Shown here: piece by piece, positions 29,434 through 40,599 of the stretch
How positions within the stretch are numbered: the first letter of the stretch is position 1
Layout: every line of letters starts with the position of its first letter
Origin: Acidobacteriota bacterium
GTDB lineage: Bacteria; Acidobacteriota; UBA6911; RPQK01; JAJDTT01
Direction of reading: 5' to 3'
Length of the DNA: 64,000 nucleotides
NCBI GenBank assembly: GCA_965116695.1
Contig: OZ220706.1
Span: 4,547,661 to 4,611,660, forward strand
The notes under the pieces: generated by a model
Databases searched by the model: none
Seen by the model: the letters and a program-made list of their open reading frames with translations, nothing else
Told to the model about the DNA's origin: nothing
Made by a program: the position numbers and the translations under genes

Positions 29434-30594
29434 ATGAGTAACGGCAGCAAGCTCCGCTGGACCGGCGGCGGTTGGGTGTTGTCCGGCGCCGCCGGCGGCA
29501 CGCCGGTCGTCGATGCGCACTACCACATCTTCCCGCGTCTCGGATCGCAGCCCAAAGGGATCCCTCCCGCGTTGCGCCTGAAGTTCTGGCAGTACCACTC
29601 GCGCGAGTGGATCGACTTCTGGCGGACCGACACCGGCGAGCACGTGGGCGAGCGCCTCCTGGAGTTCGGTTCGCAATCCATCGCCGATATGCCGGACGTG
29701 GGTTTTCACCTGACCGGCCACGGGCAGGCCGAGATCACCGTCGACGGCGTCAACTATCGGATGCAGATCTATCCGCCCAGTCTGACCAACAACGAAGCCA
29801 CCCCGGAGCGGATGGTGGCGGAGATGGACCTGGCCGGCGTGGACGCGGGCGTGCTGCAGTCGGACCACGTCTACGGCGACCTCAACGAGTATTACGCGGA
29901 GGCGGCCGCGCGGTATCCGGGACGGTTCATCCCGCTGGCTCAGATCTGGGAGCCGGAAGCCGACGACGCCGGCCGTTTGGCCCGCCTGCGGGAGGGGTTC
30001 GATGAGCTGGGCATGCGCGGCCTCTATTTCAGCGTCGAGCCCCTTTCGGTCATGCAGGTCGACCGCTCGCTGAACGATCCCACGTTCGATGCCCTCTGGC
30101 GGCTGGTGGCGGAGCGGGGTCTGCCGGTGTTCTGGTTTCTGGACGACCGTGCTCTCGACCGGGTGGGCCTGTTCATGCGCCGGGTCGCGGAGCTGGACGA
30201 GTGGACGCAACGCCACCCGGACGTGCCGTGCGTGATCACCCACGGCCTGGTGCCGGCGGCGATCATCCACCGGATCGGTGTGCCGGAGGAGCTGCTGCGG
30301 GTGCTGGAACGGCCGCAGGTGCACGCTGAGCTGCTGATGCCGGCCAAGTGGCCCGACTACCCGTATCCCGAGGGGCAGAAGCTGCTGCGCGAACTGCGCA
30401 ACCGCGTCGGTGCCGAGTCGCTGCTGTGGGGGAGCGACAGCCCCTATGGGATGTCGCAGTGGTGCACCTACCGGCAGTCGCTCGACTTCATCCGCGTCCA
30501 CTGCGACTTCCTGTCGGCGGCGGAGAAGGCGTCGATCCTGGGGGGCAATGCCATCCGGCTGTTCGGCTTGGAGGCAGCGGCGCTGCGAAGCTGA
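29434..30594 (+). CDS. amidohydrolase-2 family metal-dependent hydrolase
   Basis: VVDAHYHIFP (the HxH metal-binding start of amidohydrolase_2). C-terminal ...LWGSDSPY and AIRLFGL are typical of the family. Confidence 0.65.
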   Translation: MSNGSKLRWTGGGWVLSGAAGGTPVVDAHYHIFPRLGSQPKGIPPALRLKFWQYHSREWIDFWRTDTGEHVGERLLEFGSQSIADMPDVGFHLTGHGQAEITVDGVNYRMQIYPPSLTNNEATPERMVAEMDLAGVDAGVLQSDHVYGDLNEYYAEAAARYPGRFIPLAQIWEPEADDAGRLARLREGFDELGMRGLYFSVEPLSVMQVDRSLNDPTFDALWRLVAERGLPVFWFLDDRALDRVGLFMRRVAELDEWTQRHPDVPCVITHGLVPAAIIHRIGVPEELLRVLERPQVHAELLMPAKWPDYPYPEGQKLLRELRNRVGAESLLWGSDSPYGMSQWCTYRQSLDFIRVHCDFLSAAEKASILGGNAIRLFGLEAAALRS

Positions 30595-30604
30595 AGCCGC
30601 CGGG

Positions 30605-31006
30605 TCACGCTCGCTCGTAGACCAGGGCCGCAGCGAGTCCGCAGGCGACGACCTGGACTGTCCCGTAGACGAACCAAGCCATGGCCAGCGAGAGAGTGAT
30701 GGGCTGCACGGCGTAGGTGCCGAACGCCGCCGGGACGCAGATCAGGAGGCCGACCAGCAGACCGTACCGGATCCCTTCCATGGGCCCCTTGCCTTCATAG
30801 CCTATGGTGAAGATGTAGGTGAAGAGCAGGGACCAGACGAGCCCGACCATATAGACCAAGGCCATGTTGATCTCCTCCGGCATGCGCCACAACGAGTACG
30901 TCTCTTGGTAGTAGGGTGTCAAGAGCACCGCATGGATGACGTATCCCAGGACCTCATGTACGACGAAGACCGCCAAGGCGGTCAAAAGGAATCTCTTTAT
31001 GTTCAC
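30605..31006 (-). CDS. hypothetical membrane protein (4 TM helices, 133 aa)
   Basis: Strongly hydrophobic helices; no soluble domain. Confidence 0.45.
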   Translation of the reverse strand: MNIKRFLLTALAVFVVHEVLGYVIHAVLLTPYYQETYSLWRMPEEINMALVYMVGLVWSLLFTYIFTIGYEGKGPMEGIRYGLLVGLLICVPAAFGTYAVQPITLSLAMAWFVYGTVQVVACGLAAALVYERA

Positions 31007-31080
31007 TTCATTTCCTCCCCTGGATAGGAATTTGCATTCGGAATGCTATGGCGCAATCCGAAGGCTTCCTACCGACTCTA

Positions 31081-31533
31081 CTACGACAGCTCTTTCCTGA
31101 TCCACGCGGACGACAGTTGCGCGTCCAGCCGCGAGAGTTCGTCCGCCAGAGCCTCCATGCCGATCGCTTCCAGGCCGTTTCCCGTGGGGTAGCGATCCTC
31201 GCCGGAGTGGACCAGAAATGCCTTGTCCGGTTCCAGATCCGCTAGTGCGACCCGCAATCCCCGCTCCACCTTGGGGGCGAGTTCGCGCTTGATCTCGATG
31301 GCCCAGAGGCGGTTGCCGGGCAATTCCAGGATCAGATCGACCCCCACGCCGGTCGCAGTGCGGTAGAAGCTGACACGGGTGCGTTCGGGGGCCGCCCGGA
31401 TCACGGTTTCCAGGACGAATCCCTCCCAACTCTTGCCGGCGACAGGGTGGCCGAGGACGCTCTCCTCATCATCGAGCCGCAGCAACGTGTGGACGATACC
31501 GCTGTCACGGACGTAGAGCCTGGGAGATTTCAC
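31081..31533 (-). pseudogene. C-terminal DUF4143 fragment of an AAA-ATPase (N-terminal ATPase domain missing)
   Basis: KSPRLYVRDSGIVHTLLRL...GKSWEGFVLET matches the DUF4143 C-terminal domain found after AAA_14 ATPase domains. Only 150 aa remain and no upstream coding sequence is present. Confidence 0.5.
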
Positions 31534-31632
31534 GAGACGCTTCCGAACGTTGCAATCAGGGATCTGATCTCCAGGAATGCAAGTTTAATCGAGGAAATGA
31601 GGGGTCCCGAGGTGAAATTTCCGTTTGACACT

Positions 31633-31659
31633 AGGTGTACTATGTGAAATAGTACACCT
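31633..31659. promoter_or_regulatory. perfect 11-bp inverted repeat AGGTGTACTAT-N5-ATAGTACACCT (putative GntR/YtrA operator)
   Basis: Ends 1 bp before the gntR ATG at 31660. Contains the GT..AC core typical of GntR-family operators. Confidence 0.6.
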
Positions 31660-32070
31660 ATGCTTCCCTTCACGGTCCGGCTGCGAACCGGACTCTCCGT
31701 CTACCGGCAACTGGTCTATGCGGTTCAGAAGGCGGTGGTCTCGGGACAGTTGCTTCCGGACGACCGGTTTCCTTCCGTCCGCAAATTGAGCCAGGAGCTC
31801 CGGATCAACCCCAACACGGCACAGAAGGTGGTGAGACGGCTGGTGGATCAAGGGCTCCTGGAGGTCCAGCCGGGCATCGGCACCATCGTCGGCCAACTGC
31901 CGGAGGCGACTCCACGAGAACGCTCGGCGCTGCTGGAGGACGAGGTCGAGCAGGTGGTGGTGGAGGCACGAAGGTTGTCCCTGACTCGGGAACAGCTCGT
32001 TCGAGCTGTGGAGGACCAATGGGAACGACTCTCGGAAGCCGGGAATCAGAGGAAGCAGAAGGAGGGCTGA
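31660..32070 (+). CDS. GntR-family transcriptional regulator, YtrA-like short subfamily
   Basis: LPDDRFPSVRKLSQELRINPNTAQKVVRRLVDQGLL is a GntR winged HTH. Only 136 aa, with a short C-terminal helical domain as in YtrA. Followed directly by an ABC ATPase. Confidence 0.8.
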   Translation: MLPFTVRLRTGLSVYRQLVYAVQKAVVSGQLLPDDRFPSVRKLSQELRINPNTAQKVVRRLVDQGLLEVQPGIGTIVGQLPEATPRERSALLEDEVEQVVVEARRLSLTREQLVRAVEDQWERLSEAGNQRKQKEG

Positions 32071-32071
32071 C

Positions 32072-32985
<914 letters not shown>

Positions 32986-32989
<4 letters not shown>

Positions 32990-34662
32990 ATCTGACCTGG
33001 CACATCGCTCGCAAGGACTTTCGGCACCTGCGGTTCTATCTGGCTGGATGGTTGGGTCTCATGGTTACCATGCAAGTCCTGTCTGGAATCGATCCGTTAC
33101 CGGAAGGGCCAATAGATATAATGCTTTACTTTTGGAGTGGCCTCCTAAAGGTCGTAAAGATATTCTTATTATCGTTGATTGTTTCAAGATTAGTTCACGC
33201 CGACCCGCCAGTTGGCAACACGGCATTCTGGCTGAGCCGTCCCTTATCCGGCCGGAAACTGCTGCTCGGCAAGTCGTTGTTTATCGTAGTGTTCCTGATA
33301 CTACCGACGCTGTTGGTCGAGTTCCTGTTCCTGCGTGTTTACGGAGTGACCGCATACGATATCTTGCGCTCCGTTCCGCAACTCCTTTTCTGGCAACTTC
33401 TGTACATATCGATTCTCATGATGCTGGCGGCATTGACAAGAAGCCTTCCTCGAATGATCGTGCTGGGTCTCTTCGTCTTTGTCGCTATTCCTTGGGTCTG
33501 CATGACGTTGCCCATGGTGCTCCGCCATTTGGTCTTTAGACCCGAACTTCTGCCGCCTCTGACCCTCTCGACTTCGAAATGGATCGGTTTCAGTCTCGGT
33601 TTGCTCTCGGTCGCCGGAATCGTCGTCTGGCAGCAATACATAACTCGACGGACAGTGATCAGCGGGATCTTTCTTGTTGCAGCAGTGTTCGTTTCCTGCG
33701 CACTGCCTTGGATATGGAGTTGGGACTTCGTAGGTCGACTACAAGAGGTATACGGAGACGTCTTGGATGTCGAACAGGTGGCGACACGGATCGACGAACA
33801 GAGCTTGACCTTAGATCGAGATGGTCAAGGAAGACGACTAATGGACGGCCAGATGATCCTCCAAGGAAGACTTGTTCTGGGGAATATTCCTTACGATCTG
33901 GTCGTGGTACCGGAACGAGTCATCTCGACTCCATATTTTCGGGAAAAAAGCCGATTCATAGATGAACATCGCAATCCTTATGTTCCCATAGAAGTTCCTG
34001 AGTGGGAAAGTACGCGTACAAAGCCTCCAGTACACCAAGAGAGGCTTGAGTCTATGTCAACCGCCGTCGGTGGGGCACGTTTTTTGGACGCCGAACGCAA
34101 CGTACACGCCAAGTATCTGCCGGACCTATTGAGCATTAGCGATGAAAATTATCAACGTTACGGAGGAAGGGCTACGGACTTGGTCATGGACGTGGACTTT
34201 CTGGTCCAGAAGGACCAATTCGCTACGATCCAATTGGTGAAAGGAGAGCGCTACAATGGTGGCTCCGACCACGCGAGAATCCTCGAAGTAGAGTTCGGAA
34301 AGCGTAACGTAAGTATTGAATTGGAGGAGTCACGACATCGGTTGGTGCACGATCACATAAAAAGCCGTCAGTACTTTCTGCACAATAAGGCGAGGCGCGA
34401 AGCGCTGTTGGGAGAAGAATCCGATTTCTCGCTTGGCGGCTTTTTCTTTGATTCCTTCTTGCCCCCAATGTCGTACTTTCCGGTGATGTTGAAAATAACG
34501 CGGACAACACTGTCGTTTGAATTGCCTTCAGAAAGTGTTCCGGCCCAACAGGATTGGTTCCAAGACGCTGAGTTGGTGCGAGTCGGAACCGAAACGCTCG
34601 GACGATTCTCGAGATTAGTTCGATTGGATGACGTCGTGTTTCAGAGAATTCCACGATCGTGA
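32986..34662 (+). CDS. large membrane protein, paralog A (N-terminal ~6-TM domain + ~300-aa extracytoplasmic C-terminal domain), putative ABC-2-type permease component
   Basis: ATGA overlap with the ATPase stop. N-terminus MNLTWHIARKDFRHLRFYLAGW followed by multiple TM helices. Markedly lower GC (~48-50%) than its surroundings. Confidence 0.6.
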
Positions 34663-34717
34663 CTCGATCGGTATTTCGCAATTGTCCGACCAGGTGGTTC
34701 TACGAGGAGAAGGAAGG

Positions 34718-36379
34718 ATGAACCTGGTACTGCATATCGTTCGCAAAGACTTAAGGAACCTGCGTTTTTACCTGGCAGGATGGTTTGGCGTGGTGGTTCT
34801 TCGCGCCACAGTGATCGGATACGGGCCGCTTGACTCCGGCAGATGGGATTTCAATTCGTTTTTCTACTACGAACTGTTGGCCTGGTTTCCGCAGATCTGT
34901 TTGCTGGCAATCATGATCGCGCGCCTGGTGCAGGACGACTCCCTGGCCGGCAGCACGGCGTCCTGGTTGAGCCGGCCGATTTCCGGCGGACAGCTTCTGG
35001 CGAGCAAGTCCCTGTTTCTGGTCCTTACCGTGATTTCCCCGCTCTTCATTGTCGAGCTCCTGCTCCTGGGCATCCACGGCGTGACTCTACGCGATGTCTT
35101 GCGCACTATTCCGCAGATTCTGGCCTATCAACTCCTTCTGACTTCCGTTCTATTGCTGCTTGCTGCGGTGACACGGAAATTGGCACACACGGCATTGTTG
35201 GGTTTGCTTGGCGTGGTCGGTTGGATGTGGTTCTACAATTTTTCCCGCAGTCTCTTCTTCAAACAGGTTGACCTCGGCGACACTTTCGGCATCACGCTGG
35301 CGACATCACGGGAAGTCGCATTCATGCTGAGCCACCTTGCCGTCGCCGGAATCGTGGTCGGTCACCAGTATCTGACTCGGCAGACCGGGAAGAGCACGAC
35401 CTTGGCCTGCTCCGGTCTCCTGGTCATCGGCCTGTTCATGGGGGTCTGGAGTTGGGATTTCGTGGCATCGGCCCAACGGCTGGATCGGACCGTCGTCGAA
35501 CCGCAACACTTGACAGCGCAGATCGAGGAGGAAACCCTGCGTTTCTTTCGACGCGTCCGGTCCAAGCCCTTGAAACGAAGTATGGTCCTGAATGGAAACA
35601 TTGCGCTGGAGGGCTTGCCGGCGGGTGTGTTCGCGCTTCCCGAACAGGTCATTTCACGGGTTTCGTTCGGGTCAACCGACGAATCGCTCTCCAGCAGACA
35701 TGGCCATCCCTACGCTTATGAAGGCGACGGCTTCTGGTGGCGAATCAATCATCTGCCCAGGTTGCATGACGAGAGGGCAACAACCCTCGCAGCGGCTCTC
35801 GGCGGCGTCGCTTTTCTGCACGGCGGTACGAGCCCGATACTCGAATACGTCCCTGAGCTGCTGGAAATCAATGAGGAGTCCTACGATCTCCATGGCGGGT
35901 CTCTCTCCGACTTAAGCGCCAATGTCGTCTTTCTGGTCCAAAGGAACGAAATCGCGACTTTTCCGCTGGAACATGGAGCCCGGTATGACAGGGGATCGGA
36001 CCATGCCGAGATCGTCAGAGTAACTACGGCCAAGGACAGCCTGAGAATCGAACTGAGAGAGTCGCGTCACCGCGTGATCCAGGACCGGATGAAGAGCCGG
36101 TGGTACCTGCTGCGTAACCAATCTACGCGGCAGGCGCTGTTGAGCGAGGGATCTCTTGCCTACGCCGTCTTCACTCCCCAAGCGGCGCCTCTGTCGTTTC
36201 CAATGCTGGGAGTCAGCCATTCGAGTCTGTATTTTTCATTGCCCTCCACCGATCCTCCCGTCGATCCCCACTGGTTTGAGGACGCCGAGCTGGTCCGAAT
36301 CGAGACCAGGAATCTCGGCCGCTTCTCCAAGACGATCCGAATCGAGAACCTCGTACTCAAAGACATTCCCGGTCCCTGA
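34718..36379 (+). CDS. large membrane protein, paralog B (same architecture as paralog A)
   Basis: N-terminus MNLVLHIVRKDLRNLRFYLAGW. Collinear similarity to paralog A along the whole length, including the C-terminal ...WF(Q/E)DAELVR(V/I).T..LGRFS... GC is near the genome average. Confidence 0.6.
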   Translation: MNLVLHIVRKDLRNLRFYLAGWFGVVVLRATVIGYGPLDSGRWDFNSFFYYELLAWFPQICLLAIMIARLVQDDSLAGSTASWLSRPISGGQLLASKSLFLVLTVISPLFIVELLLLGIHGVTLRDVLRTIPQILAYQLLLTSVLLLLAAVTRKLAHTALLGLLGVVGWMWFYNFSRSLFFKQVDLGDTFGITLATSREVAFMLSHLAVAGIVVGHQYLTRQTGKSTTLACSGLLVIGLFMGVWSWDFVASAQRLDRTVVEPQHLTAQIEEETLRFFRRVRSKPLKRSMVLNGNIALEGLPAGVFALPEQVISRVSFGSTDESLSSRHGHPYAYEGDGFWWRINHLPRLHDERATTLAAALGGVAFLHGGTSPILEYVPELLEINEESYDLHGGSLSDLSANVVFLVQRNEIATFPLEHGARYDRGSDHAEIVRVTTAKDSLRIELRESRHRVIQDRMKSRWYLLRNQSTRQALLSEGSLAYAVFTPQAAPLSFPMLGVSHSSLYFSLPSTDPPVDPHWFEDAELVRIETRNLGRFSKTIRIENLVLKDIPGP

Positions 36380-36441
36380 CCGGTTCCGTTGTTGATTCCG
36401 GGGTATCCGGCTGCTATCAATCTCGCAGGGAGGGAGCACCG

Positions 36442-37998
36442 ATGAAGCCCGGATCACGCAAGACGAACCTGAACGCTCAGTTGGACCGGCGCCGATTCAT
36501 CCAGGGAAGCGCCGCCTCCACCCTGGCCGCCGCCGCTGCCTGCGCCGGACCCGGCGGCGAATCCACAGGCCGTGAGACGGCAATCGAGCTGGAGAACCGC
36601 AAGCCGGGCACCCGGGACTGGCAATTGACCCGGGTCTGGGTCGACCGCGGGAAATACCGCAGCGCCCGCATCGAGGGGTACTGCTCCCACCAGTCCATCG
36701 AGGCCGGCGACACCCTCTCCCTCTACGTCAGCACCGAACCTGCCAGCCCCTTCCGCGTGGACTTCTACCGGTTGGGCTACTATGGCGGCCACGGCGGACG
36801 CCTGATGAATTCGGCGGGGCCTTTGGAAGGGAAACCCCAGCCGCTTCCCGAGGTCGGTCCCAACCGTCTGCGCGAGTGCCGGTGGGAACCGAGCCTCGAG
36901 TTCACGATTCCCGAGGACTGGACCAGCGGAGTCTACCTGGGCAAGCTCACCACGCTCCCGGCGGGCAACCAGCCCTACTGGCAGAGCTACGTGATCTTCA
37001 TCGTGCGGGATCGCCGTCCCGCGCACCTTCTCTTCCAGTGCTCCGACAACACCTGGCAGGCCTACAACCGCTGGCCCGACGACTACTCCCTCTACACTCA
37101 CCCCGAGGGAGCCCATCATCCCGGCGTCGCGGGCAGCTTCGACCGGCCCTACGCCAAGTTCTCCATGTTCGCGGACTTCCCCCTGTCGGTGGGCACGGGG
37201 GAGTTCCTGCTCTGGGAGTATCCCCTCTGCTTCTGGCTGGAACGGGAGGGGCTGGACGTCACCTATTGCAGCAACGCCGACGTGCTCGACTCCTCATTCG
37301 TGACCCGGTGCCGGGCCTTCGTCAGCGTCGGACACGACGAGTACTGGGATATTCGCCAGTACCGGGCCATCGAGGCCGCCATCGGAGAAGGGGTCAACGT
37401 CCTCTGGCTCAGTGCCAACGACGTCTACATGGTGAGTCCTTTCACTCCTTCCTCGACCGGCGTTCCCAACCGGATCATCACCCGGCTCCACAGCTACGGC
37501 CCCTTGCGTCCCGAGGAGATCGAGCGGTATTCGGAGATCCTGGGTCCCTTCGAGGGCGCCGGCCCCGATGAGCGGAACATCATCGGCGCCCGTACCGTGG
37601 TTCCCTTCAACGGTTCGGGCGACTGGATCTGCACGGCTCCCGATCACTGGATCTTCGAGGGGACCGGCATGGCCAAGGGGGACTTCATTCCCGGCCTGGT
37701 GGGCTGGGAGTTTCACGGCGACCCCGACCTGGAGCGGGAGGGCCTGGAAGTGGTGGCCCAGGGAACCGTCTGGACCCATGGGGTCACTCCCGGCGAGTGG
37801 GCCGCCACCATCTTCCCCGGCCCCAAGGGGAACTTCGTCTTCAACGCCTCCACCATCTTCTGGGCCCAGGGACTGGAATCTCCCCCGGGGCACACCGTGC
37901 CCTGGACCCACTTCACCCGGCCTCTCGGCCCCGACCCGAGGGTGCAGCGCATCACCCGCAACCTCATCGCCAGAGCCGCCGCTCCCAACCCGGCCTGA
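36442..37998 (+). CDS. Tat-secreted protein related to the N,N-dimethylformamidase large-subunit family (function unknown here)
   Basis: Twin-arginine signal RRRFIQGSAASTLAAAAA. Conserved TWQAYNRW... region. 518 aa. Family assignment is from memory only. Confidence 0.4.
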   Translation: MKPGSRKTNLNAQLDRRRFIQGSAASTLAAAAACAGPGGESTGRETAIELENRKPGTRDWQLTRVWVDRGKYRSARIEGYCSHQSIEAGDTLSLYVSTEPASPFRVDFYRLGYYGGHGGRLMNSAGPLEGKPQPLPEVGPNRLRECRWEPSLEFTIPEDWTSGVYLGKLTTLPAGNQPYWQSYVIFIVRDRRPAHLLFQCSDNTWQAYNRWPDDYSLYTHPEGAHHPGVAGSFDRPYAKFSMFADFPLSVGTGEFLLWEYPLCFWLEREGLDVTYCSNADVLDSSFVTRCRAFVSVGHDEYWDIRQYRAIEAAIGEGVNVLWLSANDVYMVSPFTPSSTGVPNRIITRLHSYGPLRPEEIERYSEILGPFEGAGPDERNIIGARTVVPFNGSGDWICTAPDHWIFEGTGMAKGDFIPGLVGWEFHGDPDLEREGLEVVAQGTVWTHGVTPGEWAATIFPGPKGNFVFNASTIFWAQGLESPPGHTVPWTHFTRPLGPDPRVQRITRNLIARAAAPNPA

Positions 37999-38015
37999 GG
38001 GAACCACCCGTCGCC

Positions 38016-38924
38016 ATGAGCCTGACGTTGCTGGTGCTGGCTGCGGGGATGGGCAGCCGCTACGGGGGCCTCAAGCAGATCGACCCGGTGGGGCCCGGCG
38101 GGGAGACTCTGCTGGACTACTCCGTCCATGACGCCGTCCGCGCCGGTTTCGACCGCGTGGTCTTCATCGTGCGCGGGGACATGGAGGCGGATTTCCGGGA
38201 TGCGGTGGGGAGGCGGATCGAGCGGCGCGTCGCCGTGGAATACTGCCGCCAGGAGTTGGAAATGGTTCCCGGATGGTTCTCCATTCCGCCTGAGCGCCCC
38301 AAGCCCTGGGGCACGGGACACGCCGTGTTGGCGGCCCGGGATGCCATCGGCGGGAACTTCGCCGCCGTCAACGCCGACGACTTCTACGGCGCCGGCTCCT
38401 ACCGGAAGCTGGCGGGACACCTCCGGCAGGCGGCGGACAGCGGCCGGGGGGACTACGGCATGGTGGGATTCCGCCTGCGCGAGACGCTCTCGGATCACGG
38501 CACGGTGGCCCGGGGGGTCTGCCGCAGCCGCCAGGGACTCTTGGAGCAGGTCGTCGAGTTGACCCGTATCGCGAAGAGCGGCGAGGGAGCCGTTCATTCC
38601 GATCCGCGGGGTCCGGACCACAACCTCTCCGGAGACGAACTGGTCTCCATGAACATGTGGGGTTTCACTCCCAGCATCTTCGACCACCTTGACCGGGCCT
38701 TCGCCCGCTTCCTGCGAGAGCGGGGCGGGGAACACGGGGCCGAGTTCATGATCCCCACCCTGGTCAACGAACTCGTCGCCGCCGGCCGGGTGAAGGTCCG
38801 GGTGCTCCGGTCCGCCGATTCCTGGTTCGGGGTCACCTACCGGAAGGACCGCCACCGGGTGACGAGCCGGATCCGGGAACTGGTACGCGGCGGGGCATAT
38901 CCGGAACGGCTCTGGGCATCGTAG
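38016..38924 (+). CDS. sugar-phosphate nucleotidyltransferase (NTP-transferase family)
   Basis: LVLAAGMGSRYGGLKQ is the G-rich N-terminal nucleotide-binding loop of RmlA/GlmU-type transferases. 303 aa. Confidence 0.7.
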   Translation: MSLTLLVLAAGMGSRYGGLKQIDPVGPGGETLLDYSVHDAVRAGFDRVVFIVRGDMEADFRDAVGRRIERRVAVEYCRQELEMVPGWFSIPPERPKPWGTGHAVLAARDAIGGNFAAVNADDFYGAGSYRKLAGHLRQAADSGRGDYGMVGFRLRETLSDHGTVARGVCRSRQGLLEQVVELTRIAKSGEGAVHSDPRGPDHNLSGDELVSMNMWGFTPSIFDHLDRAFARFLRERGGEHGAEFMIPTLVNELVAAGRVKVRVLRSADSWFGVTYRKDRHRVTSRIRELVRGGAYPERLWAS

Positions 38925-38966
38925 GGGCGACCGTGTCGCCCTCTTCCTGGCGGGATGAAGCGGGAT

Positions 38967-38989
38967 GAAACGAAGAGGGCACCCACAAG
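38967..38989. repeat. REP-like hairpin GGGCACCC-ACAA-GGGTTGCCCCC
   Basis: Same family as the hairpin at 22383; located in the intergenic region upstream of the DUF1501 gene. Confidence 0.55.
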
Positions 38990-39115
38990 GGTTGCCCCCA
39001 AATCCCTGGTTCCCCCGAACCTCCAGAGAAATGGGGAAGGTCCTGCGGCGCGGCGCTTGACACGGATTCGGCTTCAGGGGTAGTTTCGAAATATATCTAC
39101 CCCGGCGGTGATCCC

Positions 39116-40594
39116 ATGAACTTACCTGAAGGTCTCCGGTTTCCGGGACCCAATTCCATTTCCCGGCGGCAGCTTCTGGCCCGGTCCGGACTCGGATTCG
39201 GCAGCATCGCCCTGACCGGCCTCCTGGATTCCGAGAACCTCCTGGGAACTCCGGCGCTGGACAAGCCTGGGCGGCCCTACATGGACCTCAAGCCGCGGAA
39301 AGGCCACTTTCCGGGTCCGGCCAAGGCGGTGATCCAACTGGTCCAGAACGGCGGGCCCAGCCAGATGGATCTGTTCGACCCCAAGCCGGAGCTCACCAGG
39401 AGAGCCGGCCAGCCCCATCCCGACGGCGTCGAGATCCACCAGCCCAACAACCTGAACATCCTCATGCCCTGCCCCTACGAGTTCAAGAAACACGGGCAGT
39501 CGGGCATGGAGATTTCGGAGGTGCTGCCCCACCTGAGCGGCATGGCCGACGAACTCTGCATGGTCCGGTCCATGTACTCGGTGCACAACAACCATCCCGA
39601 GGGGCTCAACAACCTCCTTACCTCGCAGATCTTTCCGGGCCGGCCGGTGATGGGCTCCTGGATCAGCTACGCCCTGGGAACCGAGAACCAGAACCTTCCT
39701 GCCTATGTCGTGCTCCGGGCCCCGGAGGGGTACAGCGTCAGCGGCAAGATCCTCTGGTCCAGCGGCTGGCTCCCGGCCCTCTACCAGGGGGTCGAGTTCA
39801 GCTCCATCGGAACCCCCGTGCATCACCTCCAGCAGGAGGTCCCCCTGCCGCCGGGGGTGCAGCGGCAGAGCCTCGATCTGCTGTCGAAGCTGAACAACCG
39901 GCACCTTCTGCATCACCCCGAGACGTCGGAGCTGGAGGCCCGAATCCAGAATTACGAGCTGGCAGCGCGGATGCAGTTGGCGGCGGCCGACGTCCTGGAT
40001 CTTTCCCGGGAGTCGGAAGCCACCCGGAAGATGTACGGCCTGGACAACCCCATGACCGCTCCGTATGCGACCCGCTGCCTCATGGCCCGGCGCCTGGTGG
40101 AATCGGGAGTGCGGTTCGTGCAGGTCTTCTCGGGCAAGGGCCAACCCTGGGACAGCCACGACAACCTCAAGACCAACCTGGCCAGGATCTGCGCAAAGAC
40201 GGACCAGCCGACGGCCGCGCTGATCAAGGACCTCAAGAGCCGGGGCCTGCTCGAGAGCACCGTCATCATGTGGGCCGGCGAGTTCGGCCGGCTTCCCACC
40301 ACGCAGAACTCGGACGGGCGGGACCACAACCGCAACGCCTTCACCATCCTGTTCGCCGGTGGGGGCTTCAAGCCCGGCCTGACCTACGGCGCCACCGACG
40401 AGTTCGCTTACAAGGCGGTGGAGAACCGGGTCAGTTGCCCCGACATGCAGGCCACCTTGTACCGGTTGCTGGGGATCGACCACAGCCGGTTGACCTACCG
40501 CCACGGCGGCCGGGAGGAGACGCCCACCAACCTGGCCATCACCGGCGCCAAGGTGGTGAACGACCTCATCGAGCACCCCCTTCCCGGAGCCTGA
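39116..40594 (+). CDS. DUF1501 domain protein (sulfatase-like, Tat signal)
   Basis: Tat-type N-terminus (SRRQLLARSGLGFGSIALTGL). Conserved DLFDPKPEL and ...VMWAGEFGR...DGRDHN... motifs of DUF1501. Precedes a DUF1549/DUF1553 gene, as is typical. Confidence 0.75.
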   Translation: MNLPEGLRFPGPNSISRRQLLARSGLGFGSIALTGLLDSENLLGTPALDKPGRPYMDLKPRKGHFPGPAKAVIQLVQNGGPSQMDLFDPKPELTRRAGQPHPDGVEIHQPNNLNILMPCPYEFKKHGQSGMEISEVLPHLSGMADELCMVRSMYSVHNNHPEGLNNLLTSQIFPGRPVMGSWISYALGTENQNLPAYVVLRAPEGYSVSGKILWSSGWLPALYQGVEFSSIGTPVHHLQQEVPLPPGVQRQSLDLLSKLNNRHLLHHPETSELEARIQNYELAARMQLAAADVLDLSRESEATRKMYGLDNPMTAPYATRCLMARRLVESGVRFVQVFSGKGQPWDSHDNLKTNLARICAKTDQPTAALIKDLKSRGLLESTVIMWAGEFGRLPTTQNSDGRDHNRNAFTILFAGGGFKPGLTYGATDEFAYKAVENRVSCPDMQATLYRLLGIDHSRLTYRHGGREETPTNLAITGAKVVNDLIEHPLPGA

Positions 40595-40599
40595 CCTCC

